A stretch of DNA of 49,554 nucleotides from a virus. Below the pieces are notes generated by a model. It was given only the letters and a program-made list of their open reading frames with translations. It searched no databases and was not told where the DNA came from. The translations under genes and the position numbers were made by a program. Shown here piece after piece: positions 23,073 through 31,965 of the stretch. Where the stretch lies: positions 1-49,554 of the IMG/VR virus record IMGVR_UViG_2643221500_000001. One strand, written 5' to 3'. How positions within the stretch are numbered: the stretch's first letter is position 1; the number at the start of each line of letters is the position of its first letter.

Positions 23073-24734
23073 ATGACCAATACGGCACTGGAGCGGCTCG
23101 TCAAAATCGGTGATGCGCTCTTCACCAAGCGCGCACAGGTTGACAGTCTCTGGCAGGAACTGGCTGATCACTTCTTTCCAGAGCGGGCCTACTTCACCCG
23201 TACCTATGTCGAGGGCGACGATTACGCATCGTGGCTGTTTGACAGTACGCCAGTGATGTTCCGCCGTGATCTGGGCAATAACCTATCGTCCATTCTTCGA
23301 CCGCCCTCAAGCATCTGGTTCAAGGTGCGTACCGGCGTCCAGAGTGTGGATGAGAAGACAGTCAATCGTCAATGGCTTGACAACGCAACAAGCATTCTCC
23401 GCCGCCACTATTACATGCCGATCTCCGGCACTGTGAAGGCGATGAAGGAATGTGACCATGATTTCGTTACCTTCGGCAATGGCGCAATTTCATGCATGGC
23501 CAAGCCGGATGGGTTCCTTTCGACGCGCAATCATCATCTTCGTGATGTCGTCTGGATGGAAAACGATGATGGCGTCATTGACCATGTACAGCGTCGTAGA
23601 AAGATAACAGGCCGCAATATCCTGAAGAAGTGGCCTAATGCGCTTCCCGGTGATGTAAGAGCCTCAATTGAGGAAGACCCGACTTCTGAATTGAAGTGCC
23701 GTCATATCTGCGTACCCGCAGAAGAATATTTCGATGACATGAACAGCAAGCGTGCAAAGAAGCGCCAGCCGTTCATTTCCATCTGGGTACTTGTCGACAA
23801 GGGCTGTCATATTCTGGAGGAAATGCCTCTCCAGCAGAATTGCTATGTCATCCCACGTTGGCACACGATGTCGGACTCGCAGTATGCGGTTTCACCTGCT
23901 GCTGTCGTGGCTCTGCCTGATGCCCGTATGCTTCAGGACATGAAGCGCACATTGATTGAAGCCGCGGAAAAGAGCGTTGATCCGCCTGTCGTGGCCACAG
24001 AAGACGCGGTTCAAGGTGGCGTCAATCTCTATGCGGGCGGCATTACATGGCTTGATGCTGACTATGACGAGCGTCTTGGCGCCGGTTTGCGTGCTCTTGA
24101 GTTGGGTAAGAACCCAGCTCTTGGCATTGATATCATTCAGGACATTCGCTCAACGCTGGCTGATGGCTGGTTCATCAATAAGCTGAACCTTCCTGCGTCC
24201 GGCGATATGACCGCGTATGAGGCGCAGCAGCGCGTGAAGGAATATGTTCGCGCAGCAATGCCGATCTTTGAGCCATTCGGCTCGTCCTATTCATCGCCCG
24301 TTCTTGATCTGCAATTCAGCCTTCTGATGAAGATGGGCGTGTTTGGGGCGCCCAATGAAATCCCGGAAGACCTGCAAGGCCGTGAGATCGAGTTCCAGTT
24401 CGATACCCCGCTGCAGGAGGCCGAAGGCCGCTCGAAGGTCATCGCATTCGGCGAAGTGACCCAGATCGTCGGCACGGCTCAGGCAATTGACCCATCTGCT
24501 CCCAAGAATGTCGATGCAGTCAAGGCTATGCGTGATGCTGTTGAAGGCACTGGCGCCCCGGCTGGCTGGCTTATCGATGCTGACAGTCTGGAAGAAGCAG
24601 ACGATACACAGAACGGCGGTGTTGATCTCGAAGGTGTCGCGCAGGTACTGCCTATGGTCAAAGAAGGCGGTGCAGCAGCCAAGAATGTAGCGGAGGCCGT
24701 GAAGGCAATCGCAGGCGGTGGCAATGGCCAGTAA
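23073..24734 (+). CDS. portal (head-to-tail connector) protein, T7-like family
   Basis: 553 aa, in the position after terL. N-terminal pattern LWQELADHFFPERAYF...DSTPV...LSSILRPPSSIWF resembles podoviral head-tail connectors. Confidence 0.85.
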   Translation: MTNTALERLVKIGDALFTKRAQVDSLWQELADHFFPERAYFTRTYVEGDDYASWLFDSTPVMFRRDLGNNLSSILRPPSSIWFKVRTGVQSVDEKTVNRQWLDNATSILRRHYYMPISGTVKAMKECDHDFVTFGNGAISCMAKPDGFLSTRNHHLRDVVWMENDDGVIDHVQRRRKITGRNILKKWPNALPGDVRASIEEDPTSELKCRHICVPAEEYFDDMNSKRAKKRQPFISIWVLVDKGCHILEEMPLQQNCYVIPRWHTMSDSQYAVSPAAVVALPDARMLQDMKRTLIEAAEKSVDPPVVATEDAVQGGVNLYAGGITWLDADYDERLGAGLRALELGKNPALGIDIIQDIRSTLADGWFINKLNLPASGDMTAYEAQQRVKEYVRAAMPIFEPFGSSYSSPVLDLQFSLLMKMGVFGAPNEIPEDLQGREIEFQFDTPLQEAEGRSKVIAFGEVTQIVGTAQAIDPSAPKNVDAVKAMRDAVEGTGAPAGWLIDADSLEEADDTQNGGVDLEGVAQVLPMVKEGGAAAKNVAEAVKAIAGGGNGQ

Positions 24735-24990
24735 GTCGATATTCGATCCAGTGGCGCTGTCAGATGATGAGCGCCGCGCATTCAAGGCATTGAGCGAAGG
24801 AAAGGCAAGCGGGCGTCAACAGCAGTTGGCCTTATCCTGCATTGTCAATCGTCTCTGCTCCTATCCGGGCATCGTGGCCCACGAAAACACCAATGCAACC
24901 TACTTCATGTCAGGCCGACACTTCGTCGGCGCGGCGATAGTTGGCGTCGTCAACTCGCCTTTTAAACAGAAAGAGGAAGACAAGTCGTGA
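24724..24990 (+). CDS. hypothetical protein
   Basis: 88-aa ORF overlapping the portal stop. Its GTGA overlaps the scaffold gene start. Confidence 0.55.
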   Translation: MASKSIFDPVALSDDERRAFKALSEGKASGRQQQLALSCIVNRLCSYPGIVAHENTNATYFMSGRHFVGAAIVGVVNSPFKQKEEDKS

Positions 24991-25958
24991 GTGACGAACT
25001 CAACACTGAGAAGGGTCAGCCGGTTGCAGAAGCGCCGGTAGATACGACTACCCCGGAACGTGATCCGATTATCGGCGGGCAAGGTGCCGTTGCCGATGAA
25101 CCCGTTGCCGAAGAGCCTAAAGGTGACGGCAAACAGCCAGAGCCTGTCAAGGCAGATACTTCATGGCCGGAAGACTGGCGTGACAAGGCATCGGGCGGGG
25201 ATGAGAAGACAAAGAAAATTCTCGACCGCTATGCGTCGCCTAAGGATATCGCCAAGGCACTCGTTGAGGCCCAGACAGCCTTGCGCACGCGCCCTGCTGC
25301 CAAGAATGAGCCATTCCCTGAAAAGGGTACGGAAGACGAGCAGAAGGCTTGGCGTGAGCAGAATGGCGTCCCTGCTGATATCAAGGGATATGAAATTGAA
25401 GGCTTCGACAAGTTGCCTGACGATCTGAAGCAGAACTATCAAGGCTTTCTGGAAGAAGCGCACAAGCGCAACATGCCAGCATCGACCGTCAAGGAAGCTG
25501 TCGCGATCTATCGTCAGATGGAGCAGTCAGCGACTGACAAGCTGGTTGAGGAAGATATCAACCGCGAAGAAACGGCACGCGACACGCTGATCGATGAATT
25601 TGGCGGGCGTGTCGAGTTCAAGCGAAATGTAGCGATGGCCGACAATTATGTCTCTGCCCGCTTCGGTGAAATGGGTCCGCTTCTTATGCATGGGCGTCTT
25701 GCCGATGGCTCGAAGATCGGCAGCAACCCGGAAGTCATCAAGTTTTTCGTCAATCTCGCCCGCGATGAGGGTTATGCCGGTGATCTTGTCCCGGATAATC
25801 CCGGCGCGGGTGGCCGCAGCATCGACGATCGCATCTCTGAGATTGAATCTCTGATGCGCACAGATGGTGGCAAAGCATACTGGTCTGATGCGAAGGTCCA
25901 GAAGGAATACAACGACCTTCTTCAGGCTCAGGAACGGCGTTCCGGCAAGGGACGCTAA
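24987..25958 (+). CDS. scaffolding protein
   Basis: 323 aa, acidic and helical. GTG start with GAGGAAG 7 nt upstream. Lies between the portal and coat genes. Confidence 0.7.
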   Translation: MSDELNTEKGQPVAEAPVDTTTPERDPIIGGQGAVADEPVAEEPKGDGKQPEPVKADTSWPEDWRDKASGGDEKTKKILDRYASPKDIAKALVEAQTALRTRPAAKNEPFPEKGTEDEQKAWREQNGVPADIKGYEIEGFDKLPDDLKQNYQGFLEEAHKRNMPASTVKEAVAIYRQMEQSATDKLVEEDINREETARDTLIDEFGGRVEFKRNVAMADNYVSARFGEMGPLLMHGRLADGSKIGSNPEVIKFFVNLARDEGYAGDLVPDNPGAGGRSIDDRISEIESLMRTDGGKAYWSDAKVQKEYNDLLQAQERRSGKGR

Positions 25959-26155
25959 TACACTCGCGGCTTCCCCTGTTTCACAGGCCCCGCACAAGAC
26001 AGCCGGTTAGACGGCATCCATCCGCAGAAACGTGACGCCCCGTAACGACCAAGCAGCCCCGCCCAAGCGATTGAGCGGTCTCCCTGCGCACGTCTGAACG
26101 GCCTCCCGAAACGTGAGCGAACCCTGACGCAACCCAGCCGAACAGGAGTTTTCTC

Positions 26156-26992
26156 ATGGCTGACAGTGCATTTCAAAAACAATACCGCCAGGAGTTTATC
26201 GCTGGCTTCGAACAGGGCCAGTCCCTTCTTCGTTCCAGCGTAACGACCGAAGCGGTCATCAAGGGCAATGAAGCGGTTTTCCTCGTGGCAGACACGGGCA
26301 ACGCTGAGCCTGTAACCCGTGGCCTTGACGGCAATATCCCGTCCCGCCCCGACAACCTCAACCAGTACACGGCTACTCTTGTCGAATGGCACGACAAGCC
26401 GAAGCGGACTAACTTCAACATCTTCGCATCGCAGGGCGATGGACGTCGCATCATGCAGACCGGCACCACGAAGGTGATGAACCGCAAGATTGACCAGGAC
26501 ATCATCGGTCAGCTGAACACCGGAACCCAGAATACGGGCGCCGCTGCTGCTGCATCGCTGGCAGTGGTCATGAAGGCTCGTACTATGCTCGGCAACAGCG
26601 AAGTCGACATCGAAGAACTGGATAACATGTTCTTCGTCTGCACGCCTGCCTTCATGGGCAACCTGCTGCAGGTCACCGAGTTCGCCTCCGCCGACTATGT
26701 GGATATCAAGCCGTTGAACGGTCCTACTCGTCGCATGGTGCGTTGGGCTGGCTTCAACTGGGTTGAGCATCCTCGTCTTCCAGGCCGTGGCACGAATGCT
26801 GCCAAATGCTTTGCATACCATCGCAATGCAATCGGCCATGCCGTCAATACCGGCGAGATGTCGGTTAATGCTGGTTACAACGAGGAAGACGATTATTACT
26901 GGGCACGTTCGAGCATCTTCATGGGTTCGAAGCTTCTCCAGAACTCCGGCGTTGTTGTCGTCAACCACGACGATACGACCCTCTCGGCGTAA
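26156..26992 (+). CDS. major capsid protein
   Basis: 278 aa with an AGGAG SD. Position after the scaffold gene. A terminator follows the next small gene. Confidence 0.85.
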   Translation: MADSAFQKQYRQEFIAGFEQGQSLLRSSVTTEAVIKGNEAVFLVADTGNAEPVTRGLDGNIPSRPDNLNQYTATLVEWHDKPKRTNFNIFASQGDGRRIMQTGTTKVMNRKIDQDIIGQLNTGTQNTGAAAAASLAVVMKARTMLGNSEVDIEELDNMFFVCTPAFMGNLLQVTEFASADYVDIKPLNGPTRRMVRWAGFNWVEHPRLPGRGTNAAKCFAYHRNAIGHAVNTGEMSVNAGYNEEDDYYWARSSIFMGSKLLQNSGVVVVNHDDTTLSA

Positions 26993-27008
26993 GAAAGGAG
27001 CTTGAACC

Positions 27009-27272
27009 ATGGCTTACGTCTCCAATGACCTGAACCTTGTGATTGAAAATGTCGGTGGCAAAACCCCGCGCATCTTCACCTACAAGACCGCGGACAATCT
27101 GGCCGCTATTACTGGCGCCGGATATTTCTCGGACGGCACTGCAAAGGGCCTTCGCGTGGGCGATCTGATCCACACGATTGCACCAACTGGCGCCGGTTAT
27201 TCGATGTTCAAGATTACTGCTGTCAGTGCAGCTGGTGCAGCTACCGCCAGCGCGGCTACTGCAATCGCGTAA
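27009..27272 (+). CDS. small virion protein (possible head decoration/cement)
   Basis: 87 aa with an AAGGAG SD. Directly after the coat gene and before a strong terminator. Confidence 0.6.
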   Translation: MAYVSNDLNLVIENVGGKTPRIFTYKTADNLAAITGAGYFSDGTAKGLRVGDLIHTIAPTGAGYSMFKITAVSAAGAATASAATAIA

Positions 27273-27283
27273 TCGACATCATG

Positions 27284-27314
27284 ACGGGCGGTGCAATCCT
27301 GTGCCGCCCGTTTT
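27284..27314 (+). terminator. intrinsic terminator after the coat genes
   Basis: ACGGGCGG(TGCA) atcc (TGTG)CCGCCCGT followed by TTTT. Confidence 0.75.
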
Positions 27315-27336
27315 CTCTCCAACAAAAGAGGCTTTC

Positions 27337-27774
27337 ATGTCTGCTTCGTTGACGCCTTCGCGCATGAGCGCGCAGGGCTATAAGAATCGTGCGCCTTTCT
27401 TCGTCGTTTGCGAGGCGGGCACGGAATACAAGTCCGTCCTTGCTCCGGCGTTCTGGGCGCATGTCGCCGCTTCCCTGCGTCCGTATGATCGTATCGAGGT
27501 TGTTTCGGAAGATGGCGCATTCTATGCTGAATTGCTTGTTCGTTCAGTACGCACAGCATCGCTCGATGTCGTCGAACTTCGACACGTCAAGCTTGACGGC
27601 AAGGTCGACATCGATCTGAGCCGGGACTCGAAATACCGCTATCAGTATCGCGGGCCTCATTCATCTCATTGCGTCATCCGAATTGCTGACAATGAAGTCG
27701 TTGCTGAAAGCCTTCCAAGCAAGGACGCGGCAATCAAGTGGATCGACTCGCAAGAGCGCGCAGAAGCGGCTTGA
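27337..27774 (+). CDS. hypothetical virion-module protein
   Basis: ATG 27337 with an AAGAGG SD. 145 aa. Confidence 0.6.
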   Translation: MSASLTPSRMSAQGYKNRAPFFVVCEAGTEYKSVLAPAFWAHVAASLRPYDRIEVVSEDGAFYAELLVRSVRTASLDVVELRHVKLDGKVDIDLSRDSKYRYQYRGPHSSHCVIRIADNEVVAESLPSKDAAIKWIDSQERAEAA

Positions 27775-27783
27775 GGCTGACTG

Positions 27784-28401
27784 ATGGCTGAACGGCTCGA
27801 ACTCTATAACGGCGCTCTTGATCTCATCGGCGAGGAACCACTCGCCACGTTGTCAGACGAAAATAAGGCACGCCGTGCGCTGGATAGACAATGGGATCGC
27901 GTTGTGCGCTCTCTGCTGGAGTCTGCGCAATGGAAATTCGCCATGGTGACGGTTGAGCTGAGCCATGATGAGGATTTCGAGCCGCAGTTCGGCTTTCAGT
28001 TCGTATTCAGCAAGCCAGAAGACTGGCTTCGTACATATACAGTTTCTAGTGTCGCGTCACTCACGCCGCCGCTTTCCCGCTTCGTGGAAGAGTCCGGACT
28101 GATCTACGCCGATGTTGATCCGCTTTATCTCAAATATGTTTCGTCATCGATTGAGGCTGGTTGGGATTTGGGTAGATGGACAGCACTCTTTTCGGATGCA
28201 GTGATTGCCACTCTCGCAGAAAAAATCTGTCCGATAGTCACCGAAAGTGAAACCAAGCTTGATCGCGTCACTGGGCAGGCTGCAGTAGCCCGCCGTCTGG
28301 CGCGCAGTCACGATGCTTTTCGTGAGGGTCCAAAGGAATGGCCGGATGGCAAGTGGGTTTCATCGCGGCGCGGTTCTCGTGGAAGTCGTAGGGAATACTG
28401 A
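27784..28401 (+). CDS. tail tubular protein A-like / adaptor (by T7 gene-order synteny)
   Basis: 205 aa, directly before an 894-aa protein. The sizes and order mirror T7 gp11/gp12. Confidence 0.7.
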   Translation: MAERLELYNGALDLIGEEPLATLSDENKARRALDRQWDRVVRSLLESAQWKFAMVTVELSHDEDFEPQFGFQFVFSKPEDWLRTYTVSSVASLTPPLSRFVEESGLIYADVDPLYLKYVSSSIEAGWDLGRWTALFSDAVIATLAEKICPIVTESETKLDRVTGQAAVARRLARSHDAFREGPKEWPDGKWVSSRRGSRGSRREY

Positions 28402-31085
28402 TGGCTTCAACCAACAATCTCGTCTTTGCACTGAATGGCGGCGAAGTCGGAAGTGATACAATTTCGCGTATCGATCTGGCCAAAATGCGCCTTGCCGCTG
28501 AGACTTGCATCAACTTCTTTCCCAAGACGGTTGGGCCTATTTTTCTCCGTCCCGGCACTGAGTATCGTTCAACGACGCGCAGTAACAAGCGCGCTCGCCT
28601 TGTGCCATTTGTTTTTTCAGCCACGGACACTGCGCAGTTGGAGTTTACTGGCCTAGAATTCCGCCCTCTGCTGGATGGTCGACCAATCGTCCGCGCTGCC
28701 GTATCGACGGTTGTATCAGACGGAGACTTTGCTACAGGGGCGGGATGGACGCTTACCGCAACCGACGGGGCGTCTTCACAGATTGCTTCTGATGGTCTGG
28801 CGCTCAATGCCCTTGCAAAGGGTTCCACGGCTTATGCAAGACAGCAGGTAACCGTTTCTGGTGGAAGTGTTGGTGTACAGCACGCCCTGAGAATACAAGT
28901 CACCCGCGGGCCGGTTAGAATGCGGATTGGAGCAACAAGCGGTGGCGATCAATATGTTGCTGAAACCAGCCTTGGTGACGGATATCACAGCATCGCTTTT
29001 ACACCGACTGGCAATTTCTGGATACAGTTCCAGAACTCCGGTAGGCCGTTCCGTGTTGTCAGGTCGTGCAAGATTGAAACAGCTGGGGAGTTGGTTCTTT
29101 CAACTCCTTGGTCCGAAAGTATTCTTCGTGAAATCCGTTTTGAACAATCCGCCGATGTTGTCTTTTGCACCCACCAGTCGACACGGGTAGCACGAATTGA
29201 ACGGCGCGGTACCCGTTCATGGTCGGTCGTAACCTACCCCATCAACGACGGCCCGTTTCTGGCAGTTCGCACTGCTGATCTTCGTATGAAAGTCTCCGCC
29301 ACGGAAGGGTTGGCGACACTCACAACGTCGGCGCCTTTCTTCAAGACTGGGCATGTTGGCACGGTATTCCGCTTGTTTCACACTGGTCAGTACCAGACAG
29401 TAACACTTGCAGGGCCTGATCAATGGTCTGAACCTGTGCGGCTTCGCGGTGTTGCAGCGAGCAAGCAATTCTTCGTTAATATCTCTGGTACTTGGGCTGG
29501 CACGCTTCAGCTTCAATTATCCATGGACGGAGATGGCTACGGTAATCAGGATGACTGGAATGGTCAGTCTGGCACATTCACGACAAACCAGTCCGGCACC
29601 ATCCGCCGAATGGGTGATGAATATGATAACGTCACTCACTGGGCCAGAATTGGCTTTCGGGATGATACATATTCATCAGGAGCGGCAACGGTTGCTTTGA
29701 ACGCCGGTGCTGGTGGCGGTGCGGGTGTATGTCGGGTACTTGGCATTATTTCGGATACAGCGGCTGCCGTCGAAGTTACCAAACCGTTCTTTCGTGCCGA
29801 AACTTGGGCGGATGACTGGAAGGAAGGCATATGGTCCGGAGTTCGAGGCTGGCCGTCTGCTGTAGCCCTCCACGAAGGGCGCCTATGGCTTGGAAACAAG
29901 GACTCGATAGCGGGTTCGGTATCGGATGCGTTCGACTCCTTTGATCCAGATACCGAAGGCGATGCGGGACCTATCATTCGTTCCATCGCCACAGGACCAA
30001 TCAACTACGCCCAGTGGATTTTGTCTCTAGGCCGTATGGTCATTGGAACATCAGGCGCCGAAAGCGTGCCTCGCTCTTCGTCATTTGATGAGCCGATGAC
30101 GCCAACTAATTTCACCATCAAGGATGCATCGACGCAGGGAAGTGCGAACGTCCAGCCAGCGAAGATTGATCGTAACGGCATCTATGTGCAGCGTTCGGGC
30201 AAGAGGCTCTATGAATTGTCGTACGACTCGCAGGCACTCGATTACGCTTCGTCCAACCTGACGCGCTTTAATCCTGAGATTGCGGAAACTGGTGTTGTTG
30301 AGCTTGCTGTCCAACGCCAGCCAGATAGCCGCGTCTGGTGCGTCTTGGGTAACGGGCAGTGCGGTATTCTGCTTTATGAAAAGGCGGAGGACGTTACCGG
30401 CTGGCATCGTTTTGAAACTGATGGTCAGGTTGTATCTGTATGTGTGACGCCGGGGACTGAGCAGGATTTTGTATGGATGACCGTTTTGCGCAACGGGAAT
30501 TATTACAATGAACTGCTTCGCTTCGATACGGAAGCTATCGGCGGTACGGCGAACCGCATGGCTGATGCGCATGTTTTTGTCGCTAACAATTCCAATAGTC
30601 CCACTGTCACCGGCCTATCGCATTTGAATGGCCGCACCGTCATTGTCTGGGCCAATGGCAAGCGCGTACCTGGTACATTCATCGTATCTTCCGGATCGAT
30701 CACGCTGCCATATGGCGTTACATCTGTTTGTGTCGGCCTCCCATACAAGGCGCAGTTCAAGTCAACGAAGCTCGCCTACAGTTCCGATGCGCCAATGAAC
30801 CAGTCTAAGCGGCTTGTTCAGGTTGGTGTTGTTCTCAAAAACACGGCGATGAGTGCGCAGGCGCTACGGTTTGGTGACTCCTTCGACAAGATGGACCCAC
30901 TGCCGAGGACGCTCAATGGTATTCCAGTCGATGAAAATGCCGTTTTGACGGGCCATGAAAGTCGGACATTCCCGGTTCCAGGATCGTGGCAGGAAGATGC
31001 GCGTCTTTGCATCGAGGCATATGCGCCCTATCCGGTGCAGATAAATTCCGTCACAGATCAAGTTGGCCTTCATGACAAGCGATAA
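28401..31085 (+). CDS. tail tubular protein B-like / nozzle (by synteny)
   Basis: 894 aa. TGATG overlap with the upstream gene. Confidence 0.8.
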   Translation: MASTNNLVFALNGGEVGSDTISRIDLAKMRLAAETCINFFPKTVGPIFLRPGTEYRSTTRSNKRARLVPFVFSATDTAQLEFTGLEFRPLLDGRPIVRAAVSTVVSDGDFATGAGWTLTATDGASSQIASDGLALNALAKGSTAYARQQVTVSGGSVGVQHALRIQVTRGPVRMRIGATSGGDQYVAETSLGDGYHSIAFTPTGNFWIQFQNSGRPFRVVRSCKIETAGELVLSTPWSESILREIRFEQSADVVFCTHQSTRVARIERRGTRSWSVVTYPINDGPFLAVRTADLRMKVSATEGLATLTTSAPFFKTGHVGTVFRLFHTGQYQTVTLAGPDQWSEPVRLRGVAASKQFFVNISGTWAGTLQLQLSMDGDGYGNQDDWNGQSGTFTTNQSGTIRRMGDEYDNVTHWARIGFRDDTYSSGAATVALNAGAGGGAGVCRVLGIISDTAAAVEVTKPFFRAETWADDWKEGIWSGVRGWPSAVALHEGRLWLGNKDSIAGSVSDAFDSFDPDTEGDAGPIIRSIATGPINYAQWILSLGRMVIGTSGAESVPRSSSFDEPMTPTNFTIKDASTQGSANVQPAKIDRNGIYVQRSGKRLYELSYDSQALDYASSNLTRFNPEIAETGVVELAVQRQPDSRVWCVLGNGQCGILLYEKAEDVTGWHRFETDGQVVSVCVTPGTEQDFVWMTVLRNGNYYNELLRFDTEAIGGTANRMADAHVFVANNSNSPTVTGLSHLNGRTVIVWANGKRVPGTFIVSSGSITLPYGVTSVCVGLPYKAQFKSTKLAYSSDAPMNQSKRLVQVGVVLKNTAMSAQALRFGDSFDKMDPLPRTLNGIPVDENAVLTGHESRTFPVPGSWQEDARLCIEAYAPYPVQINSVTDQVGLHDKR

Positions 31086-31452
31086 TCCGTTTCGTCTGCC
31101 TCCGAATGCCGTCTTGAGAGAGATAACCAAGATGGAAATCTATCGCCTCTCTCGGCGTCAATTGCTGCCGACGTCCTTCATTGGTTACGCGGTGTCGATT
31201 GATGGTCGCGATGTTGCCGCTTGGGCGGCATACGCATACGCAGGCGATATGTGGCTGTCCGCTCGCTTTGAGGATGGAATTGCCAAAAGGCATCAAGTTA
31301 CGGTTCACCGGGCAGCACTTCTATTTCTCGCTGGCTTGAAGGCTCACGGTTTCAAGCTCAAGGCTTGGCCAGATCCGGAAATCCCTCGTTCCCGTGAATG
31401 GCTTCAACGCCTCGGTTTCACTGAAGTCAACTCTCATCTCTGGGAGATGTAA
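31072..31452 (+). CDS. hypothetical protein (gp13 position)
   Basis: 126 aa from ATG 31072, overlapping the upstream stop. Confidence 0.55.
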   Translation: MTSDNPFRLPPNAVLREITKMEIYRLSRRQLLPTSFIGYAVSIDGRDVAAWAAYAYAGDMWLSARFEDGIAKRHQVTVHRAALLFLAGLKAHGFKLKAWPDPEIPRSREWLQRLGFTEVNSHLWEM

Positions 31453-31455
31453 TTA

Positions 31456-31965
31456 ATGGCATTTCTAGCACCTATCGGCGCAGCCATCGGCTCCGCTGTC
31501 AGCTCCGTCACGTCAACAATCGGCGGCGCAGCTACAATTCTGGGGGGTGGCCTCAGTGCGGCGGGGACAATTGCGTCTGCCAATGCACAGGCAAAAGCTG
31601 CAGAATTCGAGGCGCAGCAAGCCGAACAGCGCGCCGCGGAAGAACGCGCTGCTGCATCTCAGGAGGCTCAACTCAAGCGCAAGGAGGGGCAGTTGATGCA
31701 ATCCCGCCTTCAGGCTGCTTCCGCTGCTTCTGGAGCAGGTGCCGGTACTGATGCGCCGACAGTGGCGATGCTGGGCGAAAGCATTGCCGGACAGAGCCGT
31801 CTTAATCAGCTTATGGATATTTATGGCGGCGAAAGCCGCGCCCGTGGCTATGAGGATCAAGCAGCGTCACGTCGTGCAAGCGCACGCTCAGCGCGTCTGG
31901 GCGGCTTGATCGGCGCAGGCACTTCAATTCTAGGTGGCATCTCTCGCTATAAGGGCATTGCATAA
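31456..31965 (+). CDS. internal virion protein (gp14-like position), Gly/Ala-rich with hydrophobic termini
   Basis: 169 aa with N- and C-terminal Gly/Ala/Ile-rich segments, by synteny. Confidence 0.65.
   Translation: MAFLAPIGAAIGSAVSSVTSTIGGAATILGGGLSAAGTIASANAQAKAAEFEAQQAEQRAAEERAAASQEAQLKRKEGQLMQSRLQAASAASGAGAGTDAPTVAMLGESIAGQSRLNQLMDIYGGESRARGYEDQAASRRASARSARLGGLIGAGTSILGGISRYKGIA

Noticed and set aside
25955-27010. 351-aa minus-strand ORF, the longest minus ORF in the late region
   Set aside because: It is exactly antisense to the major capsid gene and its leader. It has no SD, a Val/Arg/Gly-rich composition typical of antisense frames, and would oppose the whole late operon.
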